Assembly (NCBI GenBank): GCA_900756575.1
Contig: CAAEKQ010000008.1
Span: 2,120 to 66,119, forward strand
Direction of reading: 5' to 3'
Length of the DNA stretch: 64,000 nucleotides
From: an uncultured Oscillospiraceae bacterium
Lineage (GTDB): Bacteria > Bacillota > Clostridia > Oscillospirales > Oscillospiraceae
Under the pieces are notes generated by a model, which did no database searches, was not told where the DNA came from, and worked only from the letters and a program-made list of their open reading frames with translations. A program made the position numbers and the translations under genes. The first letter of the stretch is position 1, and the number at the start of each line of letters is the position of its first letter. Positions 46,801 to 55,162 of the stretch are shown here, in pieces.

Positions 46801-49800
46801 AACATCACCTATGACAACGCCAAAAAGGTGGATGTGGTAACCAAGTACCTGGAGAATAACAAGTTCTACGATGACTACGGCAACGAGCTGACCCAGGGCG
46901 CAGACGGCAACTACTATGATGCTGGTGGCAACCTGGTTCCCGAGCCCATTCGTCCCAACCGCACCGGGGATTATCAGATCTCCAGCGGCGTTCAGACTCT
47001 GGGTGAGAACCTCACCGGCAGCATCCGGAACAAGACCACCGACAGCAACACCCGCGCCTTCACCGCAACCGCGACTCTGAAGAATACGGTCACCAAGGAC
47101 AATACCATTCTGACCTTTGACCTGCCCATCCCCAGCACCCTGACTGCTGTGGACAAGCTGCCGGTTACCATCACCGTAAGCTATACCACCAAGGATGGCA
47201 ATACCTACACCATTACCACCGGTAAGGTTACCAACAGCGTATACGCCTACTACAGTGTTTCCGCAGGCATTCAGATTAGCGGTGCCGAGAGCGGTGACAT
47301 CACCGTTACCGCCAACGACGGCAGCGAAGTGGATACCACGAACCTGAAGGTTTATGACGGTACCACCGAGATCACCGGCACCTGGAACGGTAATGTGTTC
47401 ACCACCTCTTACTTCACCGGTAAGGACGCCAACTACACCAGTAACTCTCTGTGGGTTGCTGATGAAGTAAACAAGCACTACAGCTTTAACGGCAATGCTT
47501 ATGTCTGCGCATATCCCGATGCAGGCGCCCACGACATCATCCTCAACGCCACCACCGGCGACAGCACGACCACCCAGCAGCTGACCTGGATCAGCGGCAG
47601 CGATACCGATACCGCCCACGTTCAGGTTCAGTATCTGACCAAGGCTGCTTATGATGCAGCAGCGGATAAGGATGCGGCATTTGCGGACGCCACCTCCGTT
47701 TCCGGTACTTCCGATCTCACCGACTTCATTCTGGGCGGAGTAGATTACACCGCAGCTTACATCAACAACGTTACCATTACCGGTCTGACTCCCGGCACCG
47801 AGTACGTCTGCCGCGGCGGCGACGGTAAGAGCTGGAGCAACGTCACCACCTTCTCCACGCAGGCTGTGGAAGACTCCGTGAAGTTCATGGTTATGGGTGA
47901 CGCACAGCTCCATGGCAATGATGAGGACGACGCAGAGGCCATTAAATCCCTGAAGGCCGTTGGCGAGAACAACAAGGATATCAACTTTGGTGTTCAGTGC
48001 GGCGACTTCGTAGACGGCGGAACCAACTACACCCAGTGGGAGCAGATTCTCCGCCAGTACGGCAGCGCATTCCCGGGCATTGACTTCGTTCATACCATGG
48101 GCAACCACGAGATCTACACCAGCAACGGTACCCCCGGCGCTACCATTTCTCAGCGTCTCTATGGTCTCACCGATTCCGAGAACAAATACTACAGCGTAGA
48201 ATACGGCGATGTATACATTGCAGTCGTTAACCAGACCGCAACCACCGACCTGGCCGATGCAGCTGCATGGCTGGTTGAGGATGCCGCCAAGACCGACTGC
48301 ACCTGGAAGGTTCTCGTAACCCATCAGCCTGTATACTACACCAACCCCAACGGCAGCAGCGACGGCCACAACAAGATTCTGGCTCCCGCCTGTGACAAAG
48401 CCGGCATCGACTTTGTATTCGGCGGCCATGACCATGCCTATGCCCGTACCGAGCAGATGAAGGCCGGCACCCCCGTTGACTACAAGACCGACAAGACCAC
48501 CAATTCCTATGTGGATGCCGACGGCAACGTTGTGGCAACCAAGGGCCAGGGCACTGTTTATATGATCTCCGGCTCCATGGATCCCGGTGGAGAGTATCCC
48601 GTTGTGGACAACGCCAATTTCCACTTTGCCAAGGCAACCAACGAGTACAACTGCATCTACATCTCCGTAGAGGCAGACGCAGAGAAGTTCTCTGTAAACA
48701 CCTATGACATGAGCGCTGACGGCACCTCTGAGCTCATTGATACCTACACCATGTACACCGGTACCGGTATCTGCGCCATCGAGGGTCAGCACGTTGTCAC
48801 GCCCAACGAAGCACTGTACAATCCCGAGACCGGCAAGCTGGTCTGCGAGCGCTGCGGCGCAGAACTGGATCCCGCAGAAGCACAGTACACCGGCTTTGCT
48901 ACCAGCATTTCCGGTAAGGACGACGCAGGCGACGACCAGTACTATCTGTATCTGGGCGCACTGAAGACCGGCTGGTTCACCTATGGAACCGACTTTATGT
49001 ATGCCAACGACAAGGGCCTCATCGATCACTCCGTTGTGAACTACTCCAATGAGAGCTGTACCGAGAGCGGCAGAAACATGGCATACAGCCCCCGCTACAA
49101 CCTCACCTATACCGGCGGCGTTGCAAAGTTCACCGGTCATAACTATGAGAAGCAGGCGGACGGCACGCTGGTCTGCACCAACAAGCATTATGTGACCACC
49201 GACACCGGCTATGCCGAGGTTGCGTGCGAGCATACCGCCATTGATATTGCAAACTGGAACTTCTCCCTGTCTTGGACCAGCTGCACCTACAATGGCACCA
49301 CCAGACTGCCCAAGGTCACCATCCAGAATCCTGCCACCGGCGAAACCCTGGAGTATGCCACCGACGGCATGGGCAAGCTCACCGACTACACCCGTGTGTG
49401 GGCCAACAACAAGTATGTTGGCGTTGCTACCGTTGCAGTCGATGCCAACTCCCGCGGCGACTACTTTAACAGCAAGGGTACCGTGACCCTGGAGATGCGG
49501 ATTAACCCCGCCGCTCCCACCGGCCTGACCGCTACCGGCGCTACCTCCAACTCCGTGGATCTGAGCTGGAACGCCATCAGCGGCACCACCAAGGGCACCA
49601 CCGTTGCATACAAGGTCTATGTGAATAAGAACGGCAAGTGGAGTCTCCTGGGTACCACCAACGAGACCAAGTTCACCGCGACCGGTCTGAATCACGACAC
49701 CGAGTATTCCTTCGCAGTCAGAGCCGTTGCAACCGTTCCCTACGGAACCGCAACCACCAATCTGACCTCCGGCTATTCCGACGCCGCTTCCGTAACCACG

Positions 49801-51423
49801 AAGGCAGGCACCAAGCTGGATGCCACCATGAAGCTGTCTTATACCAAGGCAACCTATAGCGGCACCGGCAAGCGTCCCGTTCCCACGGTCACCACTGCTG
49901 ACGGCACCGTCCTCACCAAGGGCGCCGATTACACCGTCACCTACAGCAACAATGTTGAGGTCGGCGTTGCTACCGTTACCGTCACCGGCTACGGCGCTTA
50001 CACCGGTGAGATCACTGCAAACTTTACCATTGTTCCCGACGTGGTAACCAATCTGGCCGCAGTCCGCACCGGCGATTCCACCGCGATCATCAGTTGGACC
50101 GCAGCCGGCTGCAAGAATCCCATCTATCAGATCTACCAGTCCGCCGATAACGGCGCAAGCTGGAAGAAGATTGCCGATGTCACCGACAGCACCTCTTTTG
50201 AGGCAACCGGCCTGACTGCAACCGGCGATTACCTCTACAGAATTCGCACTAAGGCAATTGTCAATGGCGCCTCCTACTGGTCCATGGGCTACACCGATGC
50301 CGTGAAGTGCGATAACAACCACAAGCATACCGAGGTTGTGAAGAACGCCAAGGATCCCACTTGCACCGAGCCCGGTTACACTGGCGACATCGTCTGCTCC
50401 GTCTGCGGCGTTACCATTAAGACCGGAACCGTCATTCCCGCAACCGGACATACCGAGGTTGTGAAGAATGCCAAGGATCCCACCTGCACTGAGAAGGGCT
50501 ATACCGGCGACACCGTCTGCTCCGTCTGCGGTGTTACCATTAAGGCCGGTACTGAGATCCCCGCAGCCGGACATAAATATGACGGCGGCGTGGTCACCGT
50601 GCCCGCAACTGAAACCACTGACGGCGTGAAGACCTTCACCTGCACCGTCTGCGGCGACACCTACACCGAGAAGATTCCTGCAATCGGCACGGATCCCGAT
50701 CCCAAGCCCGAGCATCCCTTCACCGATGTAGACAGCGGTGCCTTCTACTATGATGCAATGCTGTGGGCCGTAGAAAACGGCGTAACCACCGGCGTAACTG
50801 CAACAGAGTTCATGCCCAAGGCCGACGCAACCCGTGCACAGTTCGTCACCTTCCTGTGGAGAATGGCCGGTGAGCCCGAGCCCACCATCACTGAGCACAG
50901 CTTCACCGACGTAAAGGAAGGCACCTTCTACTACAAGGCAATGCTGTGGGCGGTGGAAAAGGGCATCACCAAGGGTGTTACCAAGACCACCTTCCAGCCC
51001 TATGTGCCTGTCAACCGTGGTCAGGCCGTCACCTTCCTGTGGCGCTATGCCGGCGAGCCTGAGGCCACCACCACCGAGCACAACTTTACCGACGTAAAGG
51101 AAGGTACCTTCTACTACAAGGCAATGCTGTGGGCGGTGGAGAATGACATCACCAAGGGTGTTACCAAGACCACCTTCCAGCCTCTGACCATTTCAAACCG
51201 CGGTCAGGTTGTCACCTTCCTGCATCGTTACAACCAGATCGTCGTGGAAAACAAGGCCGAGACCAAGGAAGAGGCCGAAAGCACTGAAGATGCAGCAATC
51301 GAGGAAACCGCCGAGCCCGAGACCGAGCCCACTGTGGTTACTGTGGACGAGGCAGAGGACAGCACCTCCGAAGCCACTGCCGACGAAGCAGAGGTCGACG
51401 CATCTGAGGATGCAGCAGAATAA
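43819..51423 (+). CDS. Giant (2534 aa) SLH-domain cell-surface protein with phosphodiester-glycosidase (NAGPA-like) domain, Ig-like/FN3 repeats, purple-acid-phosphatase-like metallophosphoesterase domain, Cys-containing tandem repeats, three C-terminal SLH domains and an acidic tail
   Basis: Signal peptide MKTARRRLISICLVIAMVFAMVPGVWA. NAGPA hallmark ALNIDGGGSST (aa about 250). Metallophos motifs GDAQ...GDFVDGG...GNHE...GGHDHAY (aa about 1350-1480) preceded by an FN3-like PAP N-domain. FN3 modules (aa about 1880-2150). SLH x3 (nt 50719-51240). RBS AAAGGAGTGAG. Confidence 0.9.
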   Translation: MKTARRRLISICLVIAMVFAMVPGVWAASSVGVPEGRVYITSTKYALVPGATETVLTTNNQAGTDQCIGFLMEFSGSALKDGTIKAVASYKDHQYENLGLQTVMDQAKAYEKTHKDETVIAGINGDFFNFTNGEPVGALVMDGTVYHPNNGRPYFAILKDGTATIREASQEDLSDVAQAIGGDEILVRNGVPQTFESDYATLKYSRTALGIKADGTIVTYTTHGISAPTSCGETYNDLAKILAAQGCVIALNIDGGGSSTSISMREGTNTLAVRNSPSDGTPRTVSSAFLFASTVKPSGVFDHASLTPNNEYYTPSTADAATTVQFEASGVDSVGSTAPLPESGLTWALNKDSAEMGTIDASTGLFTAAAGKLGTVGVELMYQDNVVGETTIQLVEPEEISFSGTGVSLNFNDSSDLGLSVRGAGMTLNHKDGDFTWDVSCNTSGVDVKDFGTVTGNIFTSGPKQSFSMDGNVTVSYTKQDGTKISATIFVEVGKMPIVAMDFEDTTGIQGEDVVGLWDWGTTTSAFYNATEDQSYTFKHYENLYYLQSVPQTSDKLWINEIYETKQPWTENEDGTITVTYNGQEFEGTKEENYGTSGQPWVGFTDENGVNYVWYVYSKESGWRGNYNTSRGSAAAILGADGYDMYVWHTNANPSNVNGPLHGEGSKIVDASTGEVRFGEHALKLTYDYRNFSPTGGTKNCNTYYRVTNPLTAQGSPTGFGMWVYAPEGMSNFWFWTQVTYWNGTAWVDSTIHFKPAGAEKTLQYTGINWTGWTYVEADLSGVYKAGAVVDADHPIQIRSGNPMILMTYIPGGTSDGNGNAIVCGSKSEGYFYIDNVRWVYGTNVDDMDAPQIITAKANDTALSTKETTTLTSNDISFYVEFTDPQGENYSGIDESATQVFLDGAVLPSAQFTASADRLQTQVLSLANGEHTLEVQISDNFGNKTNQVYNLVVNNPNSTIPTVTVTRSESIELGGNYKVSIQADSLENIASVSTNITYDNAKKVDVVTKYLENNKFYDDYGNELTQGADGNYYDAGGNLVPEPIRPNRTGDYQISSGVQTLGENLTGSIRNKTTDSNTRAFTATATLKNTVTKDNTILTFDLPIPSTLTAVDKLPVTITVSYTTKDGNTYTITTGKVTNSVYAYYSVSAGIQISGAESGDITVTANDGSEVDTTNLKVYDGTTEITGTWNGNVFTTSYFTGKDANYTSNSLWVADEVNKHYSFNGNAYVCAYPDAGAHDIILNATTGDSTTTQQLTWISGSDTDTAHVQVQYLTKAAYDAAADKDAAFADATSVSGTSDLTDFILGGVDYTAAYINNVTITGLTPGTEYVCRGGDGKSWSNVTTFSTQAVEDSVKFMVMGDAQLHGNDEDDAEAIKSLKAVGENNKDINFGVQCGDFVDGGTNYTQWEQILRQYGSAFPGIDFVHTMGNHEIYTSNGTPGATISQRLYGLTDSENKYYSVEYGDVYIAVVNQTATTDLADAAAWLVEDAAKTDCTWKVLVTHQPVYYTNPNGSSDGHNKILAPACDKAGIDFVFGGHDHAYARTEQMKAGTPVDYKTDKTTNSYVDADGNVVATKGQGTVYMISGSMDPGGEYPVVDNANFHFAKATNEYNCIYISVEADAEKFSVNTYDMSADGTSELIDTYTMYTGTGICAIEGQHVVTPNEALYNPETGKLVCERCGAELDPAEAQYTGFATSISGKDDAGDDQYYLYLGALKTGWFTYGTDFMYANDKGLIDHSVVNYSNESCTESGRNMAYSPRYNLTYTGGVAKFTGHNYEKQADGTLVCTNKHYVTTDTGYAEVACEHTAIDIANWNFSLSWTSCTYNGTTRLPKVTIQNPATGETLEYATDGMGKLTDYTRVWANNKYVGVATVAVDANSRGDYFNSKGTVTLEMRINPAAPTGLTATGATSNSVDLSWNAISGTTKGTTVAYKVYVNKNGKWSLLGTTNETKFTATGLNHDTEYSFAVRAVATVPYGTATTNLTSGYSDAASVTTKAGTKLDATMKLSYTKATYSGTGKRPVPTVTTADGTVLTKGADYTVTYSNNVEVGVATVTVTGYGAYTGEITANFTIVPDVVTNLAAVRTGDSTAIISWTAAGCKNPIYQIYQSADNGASWKKIADVTDSTSFEATGLTATGDYLYRIRTKAIVNGASYWSMGYTDAVKCDNNHKHTEVVKNAKDPTCTEPGYTGDIVCSVCGVTIKTGTVIPATGHTEVVKNAKDPTCTEKGYTGDTVCSVCGVTIKAGTEIPAAGHKYDGGVVTVPATETTDGVKTFTCTVCGDTYTEKIPAIGTDPDPKPEHPFTDVDSGAFYYDAMLWAVENGVTTGVTATEFMPKADATRAQFVTFLWRMAGEPEPTITEHSFTDVKEGTFYYKAMLWAVEKGITKGVTKTTFQPYVPVNRGQAVTFLWRYAGEPEATTTEHNFTDVKEGTFYYKAMLWAVENDITKGVTKTTFQPLTISNRGQVVTFLHRYNQIVVENKAETKEEAESTEDAAIEETAEPETEPTVVTVDEAEDSTSEATADEAEVDASEDAAE
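50326..50571 (+). repeat. Two tandem about 123-bp (41-aa) near-identical Cys-containing repeats inside the giant gene
   Basis: HTEVVKNAKDPTCTE(P/K)GYTGD(I/T)VCSVCGVTIK(T/A)GT(V/E)IPA(T/A)G, about 85% nt identity; a degenerate third copy follows. Confidence 0.8.
50719..51240 (+). repeat. Three tandem SLH-domain modules (183 bp each); modules 2 and 3 about 94% identical over about 110 bp
   Basis: FTDV(K/D)EGTFYYKAMLWAVE..ITKGVTKTTFQP repeated. Confidence 0.8.
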
Positions 51424-51452
51424 GCAACCGCTGATTCTGCCAGAACAATAAA

Positions 51453-51495
51453 AAGTGCCCGAATCACAACTGTGGTTCGGGCACTTGGTCTATCT
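51453..51495 (+). terminator. Terminator of the giant gene (AAGTGCCCGAA...TTCGGGCACTT)
   Basis: 11-bp perfect stem. Confidence 0.65.
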
Positions 51496-51571
51496 TAGGC
51501 GCTGCTTGAGATTTACATATTTATTTCTCTTAATTTTCCATAATATGTATTCACAAAAGGTTCATTACTTT

Positions 51572-51598
51572 TTAGCACTCTCCTCTTGACAGTGCTAA
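51572..51598 (+). promoter_or_regulatory. CIRCE element (HrcA operator) TTAGCACTC-N9-CAGTGCTAA overlapping the hsp20 promoter (TTGACA-16-TATAAT, 51586-51613)
   Basis: 8/9 + 9/9 match to TTAGCACTC-N9-GAGTGCTAA with exact 9-bp spacer. Confidence 0.8.
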
Positions 51599-51748
51599 AA
51601 ACAGTGTTATAATGTAATTGAACGTAAGGAGAGGGGTTCCAAGAGGGGCCCGGAACCAAGAGTTCAAAAATCAAAACAACGAAGTTCACAGCCGAACGAA
51701 TCCGATTTGGCAGGGAACAGAATATAGAATTCATTGGAGGAATGACTT

Positions 51749-52183
51749 ATGTTGCCCAGTATTTTTGGTGAAGATTTGTTTGATGATATGTTCGATATGG
51801 ACGCCATGTTTGGCAGAAAGAATCCCCTGTACGGTAAGCATGCAAAGAACCTTATGAAGACCGATATCCGGGAAACCGATAAGACCTATGAGCTGGATAT
51901 CGACCTGCCCGGTTTTAAAAAGGACGAGATTCAGGTAGAGCTGGAGAACGGTTATCTGACCATCCGCGCTGAGAAGGGCCTGAATAAGGACGAGCAGGAT
52001 AAGAAGGGTCGTTACATTCGTCAGGAGCGTTACGCCGGTGCAATGAGCCGTAGCTTCTATGTTGGCACTGCTGTTACCGTTGAGGATATGGGTGCAAAAT
52101 TTGAAAACGGCATTCTGCAAATCACCGTTCCCAAGGAGCCGAAAAAGGAGCTTCCCAGAAAGAACACCCTTGCTATTGAGTAA
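51749..52183 (+). CDS. Hsp20/alpha-crystallin family small heat-shock protein
   Basis: Alpha-crystallin domain (TDKTYELDIDLPGFKKDEIQVE...GILQITVPK); RBS GGAGGAA. Confidence 0.9.
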   Translation: MLPSIFGEDLFDDMFDMDAMFGRKNPLYGKHAKNLMKTDIRETDKTYELDIDLPGFKKDEIQVELENGYLTIRAEKGLNKDEQDKKGRYIRQERYAGAMSRSFYVGTAVTVEDMGAKFENGILQITVPKEPKKELPRKNTLAIE

Positions 52184-52210
52184 TTTCATATACCCTCTCT
52201 AAAGCAAACG

Positions 52211-52248
52211 GGCCGCCCCCAAGGGCGGCCTATTTGCATCTTTTTACC
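52211..52248 (+). terminator. Terminator after hsp20 (GGCCGCCC-ccaa-GGGCGGCC)
   Basis: GC hairpin plus T-rich tail; second hairpin CCGGTAGAA...TTCTACCGG at 52269-52300. Confidence 0.7.
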
Positions 52249-52391
52249 TTCTCTTTTTCATATCACTCCGGTAGAATTTGCCTTCTACCGGAAGTTTTCG
52301 GTTTTTCATGCATTTCGTAAAAATATACTTGCAAAACAGGTCGCGCATCTGTATAATAGGGAGGATTATGTAAAAAGAGGAGGAATTCAAT

Positions 52392-53729
52392 ATGAATCAG
52401 GACGCGATCTATGATGCTCGCCAGCTGGGCGTTCCCAAAATGCTTCTGCTTGGTCTTCAGCATATGTTCGCCATGTTTGGCGCAACGATTCTCGTCCCCG
52501 CTATCACTGGTCTTTCCATTTCCGCAACGCTGCTGTTTGCAGGTCTGGGCACTTTGCTCTTCCACCTGATTACCGGCAGAAAGGTGCCCGCATTTTTGGG
52601 CAGTTCCTTCGCATTTTTAGGGGCTTATGGCCTTGTTACCGCCTCCGGCGCAGAGATTCCATTGACGTATTCCAGCTTTGGTGTCGCTTGCGCCGGACTT
52701 TTGTATCTTGTGCTGGCTCTGCTGTTCAAGGTCTTCGGCGCACAGAAGGTCATGCGTTACTTCCCGCCCATTGTCACCGGCCCCGTTATCATTGCCATTG
52801 GCCTGACCCTGTCTCAAAGTGCCATTGACAACTGTGGCAACAACTGGCTGGTGGCGCTGGTGGCCATCCTTGTGGTTATCATCTTCAACATCTGGGGCAA
52901 GGGAATGCTGAAAATCATCCCCATTCTGCTGGGTGTAGTAGCAAGCTATGTGTTCTCCATGATTGTGGATGCGCCCACTCGCGCAACCCTGGTTGAGCAT
53001 GTGTCTCAGGCCGCCTGGATTGGTCTTCCTGTCAAGTGGGAGAACACCGCGCTGTCCATCTTCGGAAACAACTTTGACGGTGGTATGCTGGTCACTGCGA
53101 TCATTACCATTATGCCCATCGCTCTGGCTACCATGGTAGAGCACATCGGCGACATCTGCGCAATCTCCTCCACCGTGGAAAAGAACTTTGTTTCCGACCC
53201 CGGTCTCCATCGCACCCTCACCGGTGACGGCATGGCAACCACCATCGCCGCCCTGTTTGGTGCCCCTGCTAACACCACCTATGGCGAGAATACCGGCGTT
53301 CTGGCGCTGTCCAAGGTCTATGACCCCCGTGTCATCCGTCTGGCTGCCGTGTTCGCTGTGATTCTCTCCTTCTGCCCCAAGTTTGCAGCCATCATCGGCG
53401 CGATGCCCGCTGCTACCATTGGCGGCGTCAGCCTGGTGCTCTACGGTATGATTTCCGCAGTCGGTGTTCGTAACGTAGTGGAGAATCAGGTAGACTTCAC
53501 CAAGAGCCGCAACGTTCTGATTGCCGCGCTGATTCTGGTGCTGTCCATTGGCATCAAGTATTCCGCTGCCGGCGCGATTACCTTCCACATTGCTTCCTTC
53601 ACCATCAGCCTCTCCGGCCTGGCAGTGGGCGCAATCGTGGGTATTGTGATGAACGCTGTCCTGCCCGGTAAGGACTATAAATTCCAGAAGGATGACGAGG
53701 GTTCTACTTCCGTCAACTTTAAGGTGTAA
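52392..53729 (+). CDS. NCS2-family nucleobase permease, uracil permease-like
   Basis: LGLQHMFAMFGATILVP matches UraA/PyrP signature; promoter TTGCAA-17-TATAAT; short leader, no riboswitch. Confidence 0.85.
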   Translation: MNQDAIYDARQLGVPKMLLLGLQHMFAMFGATILVPAITGLSISATLLFAGLGTLLFHLITGRKVPAFLGSSFAFLGAYGLVTASGAEIPLTYSSFGVACAGLLYLVLALLFKVFGAQKVMRYFPPIVTGPVIIAIGLTLSQSAIDNCGNNWLVALVAILVVIIFNIWGKGMLKIIPILLGVVASYVFSMIVDAPTRATLVEHVSQAAWIGLPVKWENTALSIFGNNFDGGMLVTAIITIMPIALATMVEHIGDICAISSTVEKNFVSDPGLHRTLTGDGMATTIAALFGAPANTTYGENTGVLALSKVYDPRVIRLAAVFAVILSFCPKFAAIIGAMPAATIGGVSLVLYGMISAVGVRNVVENQVDFTKSRNVLIAALILVLSIGIKYSAAGAITFHIASFTISLSGLAVGAIVGIVMNAVLPGKDYKFQKDDEGSTSVNFKV

Positions 53730-53785
53730 TATTTCTAAGGCAATACCGCACAAATCGTCAGGTGTTGCCCTAACTTGATCCATAA

Positions 53786-53826
53786 AAGTCGCATCGGAAT
53801 GAGTCCGATGCGACTTTTGATTTTAT
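53786..53826. terminator. Bidirectional terminator (AAGTCGCATCGGA...TCCGATGCGACTT)
   Basis: 13-bp perfect stem flanked by A/T runs, between converging genes. Confidence 0.8.
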
Positions 53827-55087
53827 CCCTTACTCGGCAGCACCACAGTGGCTGCAATCACCTGTGCAATTCCGCCGTCGGGCCAATTCTCTGCCCAGCA
53901 GATCAGGTCAATGAGGTGCTCGCCCTTTTCATTGACATACTTTCTGGTGACGTAGCCCTTTCCGATGATGCAGTCGGAGCACATACCGTGATGATCCACG
54001 CACCGTCCCGCCACCTCGGGCACTTGATTGAGGAACGAATCCGGCGCACCGTCATCGGACATAAAGTGCCAGTCGATATACCGCAGGAAGCCGTCGTCGC
54101 CCATGTAGTTGGTGAGCAGTCGAATCAGCATATTCCGTCCGGTGGTGTTATAGAACATGGCTCTGCCGCCCGGTTGATTTCGGTGGCAATAGTGGGCTGC
54201 GGTGTCGAAATAGTAGATGCCATAGTCATCGGCAAAGGGCTGCATTCTTCTGCGGCCTTCCTTGGTCTTGATGACATCTCTCAGGGGCTGCTGGCCCATA
54301 ATCTGGAGGCCGTGGCCCTTAATCATGTCCATCTCGGTCCAGGGGCCGGAGCAAATGGGTGTGGGATGGTCGCCCACCTGAACGTCCTCCCAATACAGGG
54401 TGTCTGCGCCGCGAATGAACTCCTTGTCCCATAGGTCGGAGATGAACTCCCAGTCCTCCTCGGTGTAATGGTGCACCTCGGGATGATGCATCTTCGGCAT
54501 TTTTCCGCCGGGGCCACCGGGACCGCCGCCCAGCAGGGGACCCTTTGGCCCGGTATAATCGTCCTTGTAGAAGGAGAACACATTATGTCCCCGGGTAATG
54601 CCGGACATCACCAGCTCACCTCGCTGGTTATACAGGCTGCCCCGTCCTTCCAGACGCATATAACGGCCCTCGCTGCCCTCCGACGGAGTCAGATCCTCGA
54701 TAATCATGTCGTCACAGACCGTGGTAAAGGTATCACCGGGATAAATGGGTGCATACATAATAAACGCGCCGCCGTCATTGGCTCGCTGGAGCTTGTCACC
54801 AAAATCCATGGGCAGCATGGGGAACATGGCGCCCGGTTCCTTCCAGCAGGGAATGGCAATGATGGAGCCGTATTTCGTGTTCTTTGCGTATTCATCGTCG
54901 TTGAACAGGGGATTCCAGGGGTCCCAGGCGTTGGCGTACAGCCGCATTAGTGTGGGATCGGCGGGAGTTACTGGGAACATGGTGGGCTTTCCGATCTGCT
55001 CCTGGAGCTTTTTTCTGGTCTCGTCCAGAATTTTCTCCTCTCTGGGGCTGTACTGGCCGGGATAAACGGTTTTGAAATTGCTCATGG
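53823..55087 (-). CDS. MaoC-like (double hotdog-fold) dehydratase family protein
   Basis: N-terminal hotdog motif DPWNPLFNDDEYAKNTKYGSIIA resembles the MaoC DxNPxHxDxExA..G.IA signature; start at MSNFKT with RBS AGGAGT. Confidence 0.7.
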
Positions 55088-55162
55088 GGAATTTACTCCT
55101 TTCTTTCAAAAGGGCGGCACGGAGTCCCGCGCCGCCCAATTCGCTATGTGGTGAGTGGAATG

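Noticed and set aside
44053-51081. 2342-aa ORF on the minus strand entirely inside the giant surface-protein gene
   Set aside because: Gly/Ala/Val-rich low-complexity translation with no signal peptide or domains. It is an antisense artefact of a long GC-rich gene whose sense strand encodes recognisable domains, a signal peptide and SLH repeats.
52617-53783. 388-aa minus-strand ORF antisense to the uracil permease
   Set aside because: Antisense artefact.
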